A stretch of DNA of 47,484 nucleotides from a virus. Every line of letters begins with the position of its first letter. Position 1 is the stretch's first letter. The translations under genes and the position numbers were made by a program. The notes beneath the pieces were generated by a model. It made no database searches and was not told the DNA's origin. It saw nothing but the letters and a program-made list of their open reading frames with translations. Positions 16,501-24,671 of this stretch are shown here, in pieces. The stretch lies in IMG/VR virus record IMGVR_UViG_3300033998_000398, positions 1 through 47,484 of that record; one strand, 5' to 3'.

Positions 16501-18181
16501 CAGCAAATGCCTTTAATGCAGTGTTACCCTGACTAATCCAGGTGACAAATTCATGAACACCAACACTTAATTTAACCAGGTAAGGACTGATAATCCTGAA
16601 TATTGGGACTATCATCCTATCAATACAGTTACCAAGGATTGTGAGTGCGTCACTGGTTGTGGATATTTCAGCGGTTAAATCACTCCAACCCATATCCTTA
16701 TCAGCGACCTGTAAGGCTTTAATCAGTGAATCAACAGTTTTACCATCCCAACCATATTTTTTAATTAATTCTTCTTTACCATTAATTCCTATTTCCTGTA
16801 ATCTCTTGAATTGTCCATCAAATGCATCGTTGAGTGCAAGGACAGCGTCTTCTATTGTTCTGCCGTTGATTGTCATCATGTTGATGATGTCAGCGGTGAC
16901 TGGAATCAGGTTCTTCATCTGGTTTAGGGATAGTTTGTTAAGTTTTCCAACCTGTGCCACTGCTGAACCGACTGCTGCTTTGTTCACTTTTGGGAATTTA
17001 TTTACAAATTTATCTAATTCTTTGTTAAATTCCTGGAATGCTTTTTTACCATTTTTACCCAGGTGTTTCATTGCTTTAAACATTTGTTCGGTTTGTTCGG
17101 CAAGTTGGTATGCTTGTTGTCTGGCATAGATGAAACTGTTAGCAAATGTACCCATTACCATACCTGAGGCGAATCCTATGCTGGTTCTTAGCATATTGAA
17201 TTTGAGTGCTGCAGCCTGCATGGCATAGTTCTGCATACGCTGGCTACGGGTAAAGTAATTGGTGTTACGGTTGAGGTTTACATAGTCCTGTGATAGTCCG
17301 TTGACATGGTTTTTTAGTTTAGCCAGTTGCTGGTTGGATTGGAAATGTAGTTGGTTCTGTTTTGCCTGGGTGACTATTCCCCAGTCACTCCATTGTTTGA
17401 GTTGTTTCTGTCCTATTACGGCTCCTGCTAAGGCTTTTTCCATCTGTTTAGTGATGGGTATACCCAGTGCCTGTGCTTGCTGGAATTTTTTAAAAGCGGT
17501 GGTTGATTTATTTATGGCGTTAGTAACATCATTGTATCTTGACCGATGAACTATGTGTCCTGTGTCTGAAATTCTGAAGTTGTTGGCTTTTGCTGATTGT
17601 TTGAGTCTTCTGAAGTATTCTTGTTCGTTTATTATGCCCTGTTTTCTTAGTTTGTCAAGTTCTTTGACATCATTAATCATGTTGCGGGTTTGTTCTTTGT
17701 ATATTTTGTAGTACCCGCTGTCTTTGTAGTTTAAATGGTTGAAACTGATGATGTTTTTTCTGGCGTTTAGTAGTTTTTTGTCAAAATCGGAGAGTGTTTT
17801 CTGGCTTTTCTGTGCACTTTTTTGTATGTTTTTGTGTGCTTTTTCTGTAGCGTTTGCTAATTGGTTGGCAGATTTTGTGGCTTTGTTGTTGGATTTTGTT
17901 ATGTTATCTGTGGATTTTGCGACTGAGTCCAGTTTTTTTGTTGATTTATTTACATCGTTTACTGCTTTAGCGGTTTTTTCTATGTCTTTTTCTGTTTTAC
18001 CTATTTTTTCAAGGGATTTTGCTGTTTTCTCCATGGATTTACTGGATTTATCAAGTTTTTTGGCTGTTTTTTCCAGTTCATCCATTTTTGCCTTGAGTTT
18101 TTCCAGTGTTTTTATTGCATTAGTGGCATTAATGTCAAATTTGATTGAGACATACGCTACATCTAAACCTGCCATTTTCAC
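13511..18181 (-). CDS. Tape measure protein with C-terminal transglutaminase-like/pseudomurein peptidase domain
   Basis: 1556 aa, Ala-rich helical with W/F-spaced repeats; C-terminal NCYDGAQ...RHVW...AFDTT Cys-His-Asp pattern. Confidence 0.9.
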   Translation of the reverse strand: MKMAGLDVAYVSIKFDINATNAIKTLEKLKAKMDELEKTAKKLDKSSKSMEKTAKSLEKIGKTEKDIEKTAKAVNDVNKSTKKLDSVAKSTDNITKSNNKATKSANQLANATEKAHKNIQKSAQKSQKTLSDFDKKLLNARKNIISFNHLNYKDSGYYKIYKEQTRNMINDVKELDKLRKQGIINEQEYFRRLKQSAKANNFRISDTGHIVHRSRYNDVTNAINKSTTAFKKFQQAQALGIPITKQMEKALAGAVIGQKQLKQWSDWGIVTQAKQNQLHFQSNQQLAKLKNHVNGLSQDYVNLNRNTNYFTRSQRMQNYAMQAAALKFNMLRTSIGFASGMVMGTFANSFIYARQQAYQLAEQTEQMFKAMKHLGKNGKKAFQEFNKELDKFVNKFPKVNKAAVGSAVAQVGKLNKLSLNQMKNLIPVTADIINMMTINGRTIEDAVLALNDAFDGQFKRLQEIGINGKEELIKKYGWDGKTVDSLIKALQVADKDMGWSDLTAEISTTSDALTILGNCIDRMIVPIFRIISPYLVKLSVGVHEFVTWISQGNTALKAFAVALGMVGASFAYMKGQILAARLFGSDFMANLSGLNKGMGEFSKALAKDVIPTTNAAGKVLKNNTEKFNMLATAMANNHVINNQLGTSLRSLPPAQRQLVVYNQMQKIAYEQLTRTQKMHINAVARARGITRLQALEELFGRDAIIANRVALEANNVIRERSIALTFKEAIAKGTNIDVTKLSTAATIKAVWAKRSEATASNGGILATIRNTATTVANTVAKIANAVATNAAAAAGAAFNAILLANPVAAGLAIAALTALAAAYATVGVETQKAAGAMKQYYDFLQNGDQQVKKLKDSSDYWSKKESELRQRLKTLTPGTQAYLDTEKAIARAHENAAAAARQAAAAEEELKRVREVDQQLTAEERASDTRYREKFMQKMKEHGLDTSDAYTQSKFGGKFTYQERIRKDALDRQNRIRGIAERWQADILDRNDTFAQNAKQNKQYITDRMAAMDEISQGVKTMTESDSPMKRFIAWLQVGFLRIKIFIMDLQMAWDNFWRRPGKVIGEILQPITSWFGRLGGQISSFFKWVDTGIMNTVNSIIGWFTNLGTQVSSALNGAWTWITTGFTNIWTWLTTTFNTYFGGLINSITNIPMTIYNIFTNVATTIWNTISGIFTSVSGIFMNGIAVLSGFGRQLWNSLKSIFMSIYSTITGIVKNIWNKATGTWDNLVSSFTTGAKNLWDSVMKWVNKLWNDILGFIDFIKNPFGGKKPGSAGGSKKKGSAGGYAGPGIYRGATRSPSSSLSGGSNRVFAGIGNAIKRSIESITIGYDPLMPPEGYAGALKADNRPAQDSRSSNPFYCSDPKRCYGGQPFANWTDIIKGKINELPVNIKGQQIKVQDIWQRKFNTKLFEVVARSLIQGTRYEFYYGDRYSNKEALQRGAFNCYDGAQILIDLARGLGLNAGMAHGYWGSNRHVWAVVEGKAFDTTAFQHGYGWTSPKVRAAGTSSSTENKSVINNINIEISGTVNGIEDLESAMKQVADRTITRIINNSAAHGL

Positions 18182-18196
18182 CCTCCGAAATCAGTT

Positions 18197-18646
18197 TTAT
18201 TTGAGTTTGTCGGCTGAGGAATACATTAATCGTCTTATCCTACTCCATGAGGCTTTTAAACCATATTTAAGGTAATATGGTTTTGGTTTATGTCCAGGGT
18301 ACCTTGCACCGTGGCTATACCAGTAACTCTCATGCTGGTCTACTGCATAGAATTCATCCTTAATTGGGTTATAGGCAAAATAACCATACTCTTTAACTAT
18401 CCTATCATTGCTTCTGTATTCTGTATTAGTGAAGAAACCAGCCTGTAGGGTACCTGAAGCCGTTTTACCATCTTTTGGCGGGTCTTCGTTCCTGGGTACA
18501 TAGTCATGGGTTTCCTCTTCAATTATAATACCAAGCTGTTTACCAAAAGTTTGAAGGATGCCAGGATAAGTTTTTAATTGTCTATCCACATAATTATCAA
18601 ATTGTTTTCTATTAAAATCGACTTTAAATTTCATAAGTAAAACCAT
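18197..18646 (-). CDS. Neck/tail-completion protein (HK97 gp10-like)
   Basis: YVP...TASGTLQAG...YAVDQHE...HPGHKPKPYYLK pattern; morphogenesis module. Confidence 0.55.
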   Translation of the reverse strand: MVLLMKFKVDFNRKQFDNYVDRQLKTYPGILQTFGKQLGIIIEEETHDYVPRNEDPPKDGKTASGTLQAGFFTNTEYRSNDRIVKEYGYFAYNPIKDEFYAVDQHESYWYSHGARYPGHKPKPYYLKYGLKASWSRIRRLMYSSADKLK

Positions 18647-18707
18647 CCTACTTTAGTGGATGTATATAAAAAAAGCGGGATATGAAACCAGAAGAAAAAA
18701 TATGGCT

Positions 18708-18959
18708 TCATATCCCAAGTATATCATTAACCAATTCAACTGCTTTAGGGTCTTCTTTTATTTCAGGGTCTGGGACTTTCTGTATCTTTTTATTCCCATC
18801 ATACTTAACAGAATTATTATTATCCTGTTTAAGTGCCTTGCTTTCTTCCTCAGCAAGTTCTAATTCCCTATTATATAATTCAAAGAGGTGCATGAGTGGT
18901 AATTCCATGAAATCTGAGTAGGTAATCCCACCTTTGAGTCTTTTAAGGAGGAAATACAT
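18708..18959 (-). CDS. Tail assembly chaperone, downstream (T) frame
   Basis: GITYSDFMELPL pattern typical of pre-TMP chaperones; frame open back into the 3' end of the upstream ORF. Confidence 0.65.
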   Translation of the reverse strand: MYFLLKRLKGGITYSDFMELPLMHLFELYNRELELAEEESKALKQDNNNSVKYDGNKKIQKVPDPEIKEDPKAVELVNDILGI

Positions 18960-19014
18960 TACATCTTCAACCCAGGTGGGTCTAACTTTACAGAAATAGG
19001 TGTCTGGTTCATCC

Positions 19015-19356
19015 TCAGAGTGCTCCGAGAAACTGCAGACCTTTCTCTATCGATACATCAATTATCTTATTAGTTATTTCCTCTATCTCCTTTTTACTCC
19101 TATTGGTGGCATAATAGGGTATTAGCATGTGTATTGACTGTAATATGGTTAATTCATGTGGTTGAACTTCAAAGATGTCCTCTGGTTCAAAACCATCAAG
19201 TACATGTGAAACCATTTCACCAATCGCAAGTATAATGTCATCTTCATTCTTGGCTGATTCTATACTCTCCTGGACTTTTCTCTGAAGTTCATTGAGTTCT
19301 CTGACTTTAATATTCTTGAAACTATATTCTTTACCGCTAATTTTCATTTTAGCCAT
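19015..19356 (-). CDS. Tail assembly chaperone (G)
   Basis: Position between tail tube and TMP; size; RBS GGTG. Confidence 0.7.
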   Translation of the reverse strand: MAKMKISGKEYSFKNIKVRELNELQRKVQESIESAKNEDDIILAIGEMVSHVLDGFEPEDIFEVQPHELTILQSIHMLIPYYATNRSKKEIEEITNKIIDVSIEKGLQFLGAL

Positions 19357-19431
19357 TATTTATCACCAATAATAGTGTTTATAAAAAAGGAGATGGTTGG
19401 AAATAGTATATAAAAAAGTAGGTGTGGGTAT

Positions 19432-20493
19432 TTAGATTGACATGTGCATATCATCAAGTTGTGATATGATTGTAGCCTTAATCACATCGCTTCCAACCAG
19501 TGAGGCTGAGGCTTTAAATTCTATTTCATATTCTTTGGTACCATCACCAGATTCTGAAGGTTTCACTGATGTTATATCAGCCTTTGGGATATCTATCTGC
19601 ATGGTGTATTTGTAGTCTGTTTCTGAAACTGATTCTATGAGTGCTCCTTCATATTTGAATCTTAGTGCCCTGAATAGTGAAGCGTCAGTGACACCTGTAC
19701 CGCTGGTTGAACCTGTAGCCCATATTTTCTCCAGTTCTGAAGCCTTATCGCTGTATTTCATTTTCATTGAACCTTCAATTTCAAGTTCACCTATTTCTTT
19801 ACTGATTTTACCAAATGTATCACCACTGCAGACTGATTCTTCTATGTTGTTATTGATTTTGACTGAGGCTTCAGTTACACAGCCTGCATTATCTGTGGTT
19901 TCATTTATTGTTGTTGCACCGATGAATGTTTTGAACTGTCCTGCTTTGAATGGTTGTGGTGCTATTGTTGGGTCAAGAAACTGGATTGTAGGTTCTGTTA
20001 TATTGTATTCTGGGAAATCGGAAACATAACTAATGTCGATTTTAGGTGCCTCTGTTGAGGACATTGAGATTTCCATTTCATTGGCTAATGCGTTTTTATA
20101 GCCATAGGCGTTTTCTGTTCCATAGTTGAATCCGTGTAGTATGGCTACATTAGGTAGTATGCTGTTTGGGTTGGGTGTTATTTCATATTTTTTTACTTTT
20201 GTTCCATAGGTTGTTTTGGTATATGAACCCAGGATGTGGTAGAAATAGTCTTCAAGTCCCTGTTCGGGTCTGCATAGGTCTGTTATTTTGGGTGCGGCTT
20301 TTGCTTTCACCCTGTTTTCTCCAAGGAGTAGGCTCCTGGTTCCTGTGTGTCCTTTATCTTCTTCTGTTTCTATTTCTTTGTTGGATTCGAATTCGCTGAA
20401 TTTGATGAAGACTGATGGTGTTGGGAATGGGTCGTGTGATTCTTTTACTGTGAATCCTGCATAGTGAAGTGCGTTTGGTGGTGAAACTGCCAT
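19432..20493 (-). CDS. Major tail (tube) protein
   Basis: 353 aa, acidic, beta-rich; canonical position before the chaperones; RBS GAGGTG. Confidence 0.8.
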   Translation of the reverse strand: MAVSPPNALHYAGFTVKESHDPFPTPSVFIKFSEFESNKEIETEEDKGHTGTRSLLLGENRVKAKAAPKITDLCRPEQGLEDYFYHILGSYTKTTYGTKVKKYEITPNPNSILPNVAILHGFNYGTENAYGYKNALANEMEISMSSTEAPKIDISYVSDFPEYNITEPTIQFLDPTIAPQPFKAGQFKTFIGATTINETTDNAGCVTEASVKINNNIEESVCSGDTFGKISKEIGELEIEGSMKMKYSDKASELEKIWATGSTSGTGVTDASLFRALRFKYEGALIESVSETDYKYTMQIDIPKADITSVKPSESGDGTKEYEIEFKASASLVGSDVIKATIISQLDDMHMSI

Positions 20494-20506
20494 TTTTTAT
20501 TCACCT

Positions 20507-20704
20507 CTATTTCTTTTTGGATGATGTTTTAGTTTCTATGATTGTGTAGTCTTTGGAGGCTTTCATTCTTTTTATGATGTCTGTTCTTTTATCATCGATT
20601 TCTATTTCATCGTTTGTTTTGATGACTGTACCTGTAGGGATTATTCCTGCAAGTTCCAGGGTTACATTCCTTATTGGTACGAATCCTGTGTATTTGAATT
20701 TCAT
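20507..20704 (-). CDS. Small virion-module protein
   Basis: RBS GGGGG; tight packing. Confidence 0.6.
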   Translation of the reverse strand: MKFKYTGFVPIRNVTLELAGIIPTGTVIKTNDEIEIDDKRTDIIKRMKASKDYTIIETKTSSKKK

Positions 20705-20722
20705 TTTGGTTCATTCCCCCCT

Positions 20723-21154
20723 TTATATTTCATATTCTATTTGGAATGTGATTTTAGTGGTGTGTGCTATGAGGGTGTCATCTATTCTTTTGTAGTAACT
20801 TGTGATTTCACTGTTTTTGAATGTGAGTTGTGTGATTGGGTATGGTGCGTTTCCTTTATCGTATTCTGTTTCTATAGTTTTTCTTATATCTTCTTCGAAG
20901 TCATAGAGGATTGTGTTTACTTCTTTTTTGTTTTGTGGTGGTATCCATAGGGTTATGATGATGTCTGTCTGGTTGGTTATGGTGTCCTGGCATTTTTCCC
21001 CATTTCTGGCGGTTAGGCGTTGTATTGTGATGGCTGGTAAGTCCATTTCTGGGTGTATGTGGATTTCACTCTCATAGATTTCAATTCCCTGGAGATAGGG
21101 TTTGGTTTCTATGAGTTCTTTTAGCCATTGATAAATTTTAATGTAGTTACTCAT
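20723..21154 (-). CDS. Tail terminator-like protein
   Basis: LPAITI motif and C-terminal ITFQIEY strand; position. Confidence 0.6.
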   Translation of the reverse strand: MSNYIKIYQWLKELIETKPYLQGIEIYESEIHIHPEMDLPAITIQRLTARNGEKCQDTITNQTDIIITLWIPPQNKKEVNTILYDFEEDIRKTIETEYDKGNAPYPITQLTFKNSEITSYYKRIDDTLIAHTTKITFQIEYEI

Positions 21155-21948
21155 TCATTATCATCCCAGAATTTTTTTATGTTAATGTTAGTGTATCCAC
21201 CTGTTTTTTTCATGGGTAATAATCCTTTTTCACTGTTTAATTGTGTTCTGCCAAATAGGTAATTGTTTATTAAGTTGTTGGCGGTTTTTAGGAGGGTTTT
21301 GTAGTAACTGTTCTTGGTGTCTGTCTGGTTACCATTGGATTTACTCCAGATGAATGCTGCTGCAATGTATTCTACAGCGTTTTTAAGGGTTTCTGGGATT
21401 TCTGGTGAACCTATACTTGAAATGACATATCTTTCTGCTTTATTAATTTGTTCCAGGATTTCTTCATTAGTTACATTATAATTGTTAGTGTATGCGGCGA
21501 TTTTTAGTATTTTGATGTTGGTGGGTTCTGGGAATTGTATTCTGATTGCACCTATACTGGATAATTCCTTTTCCCCTAAAATCTCCACTAATTTAAATTT
21601 GAGTGTGCTTAAAGTACCAGATGACACACTATTCACATTTTTAATGGACTCTTTAACTGAGGATAAACTACCGCTCTCCACCAAATCCAGTACAACCGAT
21701 TCTTCAGGTATATCAACTGAGGATAAAATATCCAATTCAATAGTTTTCCTGGAATTAAAATTCAGAGTCTGAGGTAACACATAAGTAAACCCTGAAACAC
21801 CACTCATATCAAGAGATTTAAACCCATCCACCTCACCAATAGTATAAGCGGCACCCTTAACAATCGGGTTAGAAAAATCAAGCAACATAAACTTATCCAA
21901 TTCAAAATCATCCAGTAAACTGATGATTCTAAACACATTATAAGTCAT
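21151..21948 (-). CDS. Head-tail connector with N-terminal extra domain
   Basis: C-terminal QINKAERYV..IG..IPETLKNAVEYIAAAF pattern (gp6/gp15-like); follows the MCP. Confidence 0.6.
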   Translation of the reverse strand: MTYNVFRIISLLDDFELDKFMLLDFSNPIVKGAAYTIGEVDGFKSLDMSGVSGFTYVLPQTLNFNSRKTIELDILSSVDIPEESVVLDLVESGSLSSVKESIKNVNSVSSGTLSTLKFKLVEILGEKELSSIGAIRIQFPEPTNIKILKIAAYTNNYNVTNEEILEQINKAERYVISSIGSPEIPETLKNAVEYIAAAFIWSKSNGNQTDTKNSYYKTLLKTANNLINNYLFGRTQLNSEKGLLPMKKTGGYTNINIKKFWDDNE

Positions 21949-22007
21949 ATTAATCCTCCTATCAGTGAATTAAAAGTGGATGGAAAAATAAAAGAAAATT
22001 GCATGGA

Positions 22008-22976
22008 TTATACCATACAATCATCATCAACCAGTATACCTGAAGGTTTCTCCACAGCAACCCCTATACTCATCATCATCCTGATGACATAGTCTTTAGG
22101 CATTTCATAATCTTCAGGTTCCTGTACTGTTACATTTATGAGTGGTGCAAAGTGTTCCATACCAGTCATGACATCTGGTGAATATGCACCCCTTTCTTTA
22201 CCATAGTAAACTACAGCGGGAGCATTGTTGTTATCGAACCCTATGAGTGTGTTCTGTGGATGGAATTTGTTACCTGGGATGTGTTTAACGCCCATGAATT
22301 CGAAGGCTGTATCAGGTAGTGACCAGTTTTTAATATCGGTTATTGTACCCCTGTTTATCATATTAGCGTCTGTTGATGCCAGCATTTTCTTTATTCTGGC
22401 ATGGTCGGCATTGTTGTAGAGGATTGTGTTCATTGTCTGGTTGTCTTCAACTTCATAGAACTGTGTCTGGTAGTCTATGAGTGTGCTGATGTAATCCTCT
22501 GTGGATGTGCCGATTTTGTCTGCAACTGGGTTGTAGATTCCTTCTGCTTTTGCTGTGGCAAGGATTTCATTGAATGTCATCTGTTCTGCCCAGATACCAA
22601 GTCCATAGGCAAGTGCTTTTATGTGTTTGAGGATTGACCTTGCAGCGGTAGGTTCTGATTTTATGAAGTTTTCTGATAGCCTGATACTGTAACCTTTTTT
22701 GATTACTGTACCTGTTTTGGCGTGCTGTCCTTCGACTGTGACTTCTTCCAGTTTTGCACCTTCTGCCAGTATCCTGGGTTCATGTGTTTTACCTTGTGCA
22801 AACTGTTCAGCCACTGACATGTCATCTTTTATCCATGTGAATGTGTCGGCGTTAAGTTCCTCTTTCTCGAGGAATGGTAGGAATGATAAACCTTTAACTA
22901 CTTCCCTGTTGACATATCCTTGTAGTAGGTCTCTGTTGAATAGCATATCTCTTATTTTGAATTCCATTATAATCAC
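22008..22976 (-). CDS. Major capsid protein (HK97 fold inferred)
   Basis: 322 aa; EGA.L.EV...KKGY.I.LSE.F pattern; position after scaffold/decoration genes. Confidence 0.8.
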   Translation of the reverse strand: MIIMEFKIRDMLFNRDLLQGYVNREVVKGLSFLPFLEKEELNADTFTWIKDDMSVAEQFAQGKTHEPRILAEGAKLEEVTVEGQHAKTGTVIKKGYSIRLSENFIKSEPTAARSILKHIKALAYGLGIWAEQMTFNEILATAKAEGIYNPVADKIGTSTEDYISTLIDYQTQFYEVEDNQTMNTILYNNADHARIKKMLASTDANMINRGTITDIKNWSLPDTAFEFMGVKHIPGNKFHPQNTLIGFDNNNAPAVVYYGKERGAYSPDVMTGMEHFAPLINVTVQEPEDYEMPKDYVIRMMMSIGVAVEKPSGILVDDDCMV

Positions 22977-22991
22977 CTATGAATGTTTATT

Positions 22992-23492
22992 TTAGAGTAC
23001 TGCTTTACAGTAACAATCTATTCTCTTTCCAGTGTTTGCTGCGGCTGAGTCTATGGGTATTAGGACTGCTCCTTTGGTTGGTGCGGTGTTTGTAACATCG
23101 AAGCCTGCACCATCCCATACTATGTATCCTGTGCCTGCTGTTACTGCAGTGTTGTTGGGTTTGAGTTCGACATGGTAGAATTCACCTGGCTGGACTATTG
23201 TTATGGTTGCTCTCCTTTTTACATCGGTTGCTGAGAGTGGTGGGACTCCTTCTGGGTCTGCCAGGACTACTCCAAGGTATTCATTGTCTGTTGCTTTAAC
23301 AACTGTTCTTGGTGTGTTTGTTAGTTTGACAGCGTCACCTTTCATTATTTTTTTACCGGCGTCGGCTGTTACATTGTCATAAAAATAGTCTGAACCACCC
23401 TCTTTGATTCCTTCTTTTCTTTCAAAGAGTCCTTCTTCAAGGAAAAATGCTATTCTTTTGCTTCGGTCTTCAGTATCTGAAAAGTATGCCAT
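22992..23492 (-). CDS. Capsid decoration/cement protein
   Basis: IMKGDAVKL...YLGVV pattern; directly before the MCP. Confidence 0.6.
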   Translation of the reverse strand: MAYFSDTEDRSKRIAFFLEEGLFERKEGIKEGGSDYFYDNVTADAGKKIMKGDAVKLTNTPRTVVKATDNEYLGVVLADPEGVPPLSATDVKRRATITIVQPGEFYHVELKPNNTAVTAGTGYIVWDGAGFDVTNTAPTKGAVLIPIDSAAANTGKRIDCYCKAVL

Positions 23493-23510
23493 AATCGTTC
23501 ACCTCAATGT

Positions 23511-23654
23511 TTATTTTTTCTTTTTAGGTTTTGCTTTAGGTTTTTTTCTTTCTATTTTGACTGATATGTCTTCTATTACAAATTTAACATCTTCTGTGAT
23601 GAAGTGCTTGTTTCTCTCTATTACTGACTGTATGAATTTTTCAAAACTGGCTAT
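23511..23654 (-). CDS. 47-aa protein with ATA start and Lys-rich tail
   Basis: GGAGGTG-CTACC-ATA; open to TAA just before the next RBS. Confidence 0.45.
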   Translation of the reverse strand: MASFEKFIQSVIERNKHFITEDVKFVIEDISVKIERKKPKAKPKKKK

Positions 23655-23748
23655 GGTAGCACCTCCTGTGAAATTAAGGCTTGATTAGGAGAGAAAAATG
23701 GTAATAATTCTATTACAATATATATGTCTTGAAAAATAGACCAAGTAC

Positions 23749-23770
23749 TTATAAGTTATAAGTTATAAGT
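23749..23770. repeat. (TTATAAG)3 heptamer repeat
   Basis: Read directly. Confidence 0.9.
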
Positions 23771-23789
23771 CCATAAAAAAAGGAATAAA

Positions 23790-24662
23790 TTAAAGGTTAT
23801 GGTCTTCAGCAAACTTACTAAAATTTAAAACACCATTATCATCTTTATATGCAGCCAATGGGTCATTAACTTCAGGTGCAGGCTCTTCAACCGCAACCTT
23901 ATCACCAGTACCCTTAGGTGGAGTGGCGATATTTGACTCTTTAATCAGTAATTCAAGTTCATCAAAACTGAGTTTCTCATAAATATTCCTTTTAGGGTCT
24001 TCAGGGCTAACAACAAGTTTATTTATAAGTTCCTGTTTCTTCATATTCTCCATTTCAATGTATTTTTTAAGTTCAGATTCTTTAGCCTCAGCCTCTTTCC
24101 TGAGGGATTCAAGGAGGGATTCAGTTTCACTATATTTGTTATTAACTGTTTCAAGTTCCTTTTTAAGATTCTCAAGTTCTTTAAGGAGATTCTCATTCTC
24201 CTTTTCAAGTAAAGCAGTCTTTCTAATCATCTCTTCATTCACACTATCACCTTTATTAGTGTCTTCAGTATTCATAATGTTAGTCAAGGTTTTTAAATCT
24301 CTGGGTCTGGTATCATCATTAATATAAACAATACTCTTTAATTGTGCGTCTTCAAGGACAAAATACTCATCTTCAGCCTTAATACTGGATGGGACAAAGT
24401 GGGTGCTAAAACCCACTTCACCATCCTTAACATATTCACTTGGTATTTTCATCTTAGCAAGGAGTTTACCATCATCGTACCGTAAATTAGTAACTTCACC
24501 TATAGGGTCTGAACCATGTTTATTCAATTCAAGATTAATCAGTTTAGGGTTACTTTTCTCTGCAATTTTCTGCAAGAATTTCCTTGTATATTTAATATCC
24601 CCTATGTCAGATGACAGGACACCTTCATGGAGTACTGGTTTCTCTATTTCAATATAATCCAT
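23790..24662 (-). CDS. Prohead protease/scaffold fusion
   Basis: N-terminal globular domain (H..DPIG.V..L...GFS) plus long E/K coiled coil; between portal and capsid genes. Confidence 0.7.
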   Translation of the reverse strand: MDYIEIEKPVLHEGVLSSDIGDIKYTRKFLQKIAEKSNPKLINLELNKHGSDPIGEVTNLRYDDGKLLAKMKIPSEYVKDGEVGFSTHFVPSSIKAEDEYFVLEDAQLKSIVYINDDTRPRDLKTLTNIMNTEDTNKGDSVNEEMIRKTALLEKENENLLKELENLKKELETVNNKYSETESLLESLRKEAEAKESELKKYIEMENMKKQELINKLVVSPEDPKRNIYEKLSFDELELLIKESNIATPPKGTGDKVAVEEPAPEVNDPLAAYKDDNGVLNFSKFAEDHNL

Positions 24663-24671
24663 TGTATCACC

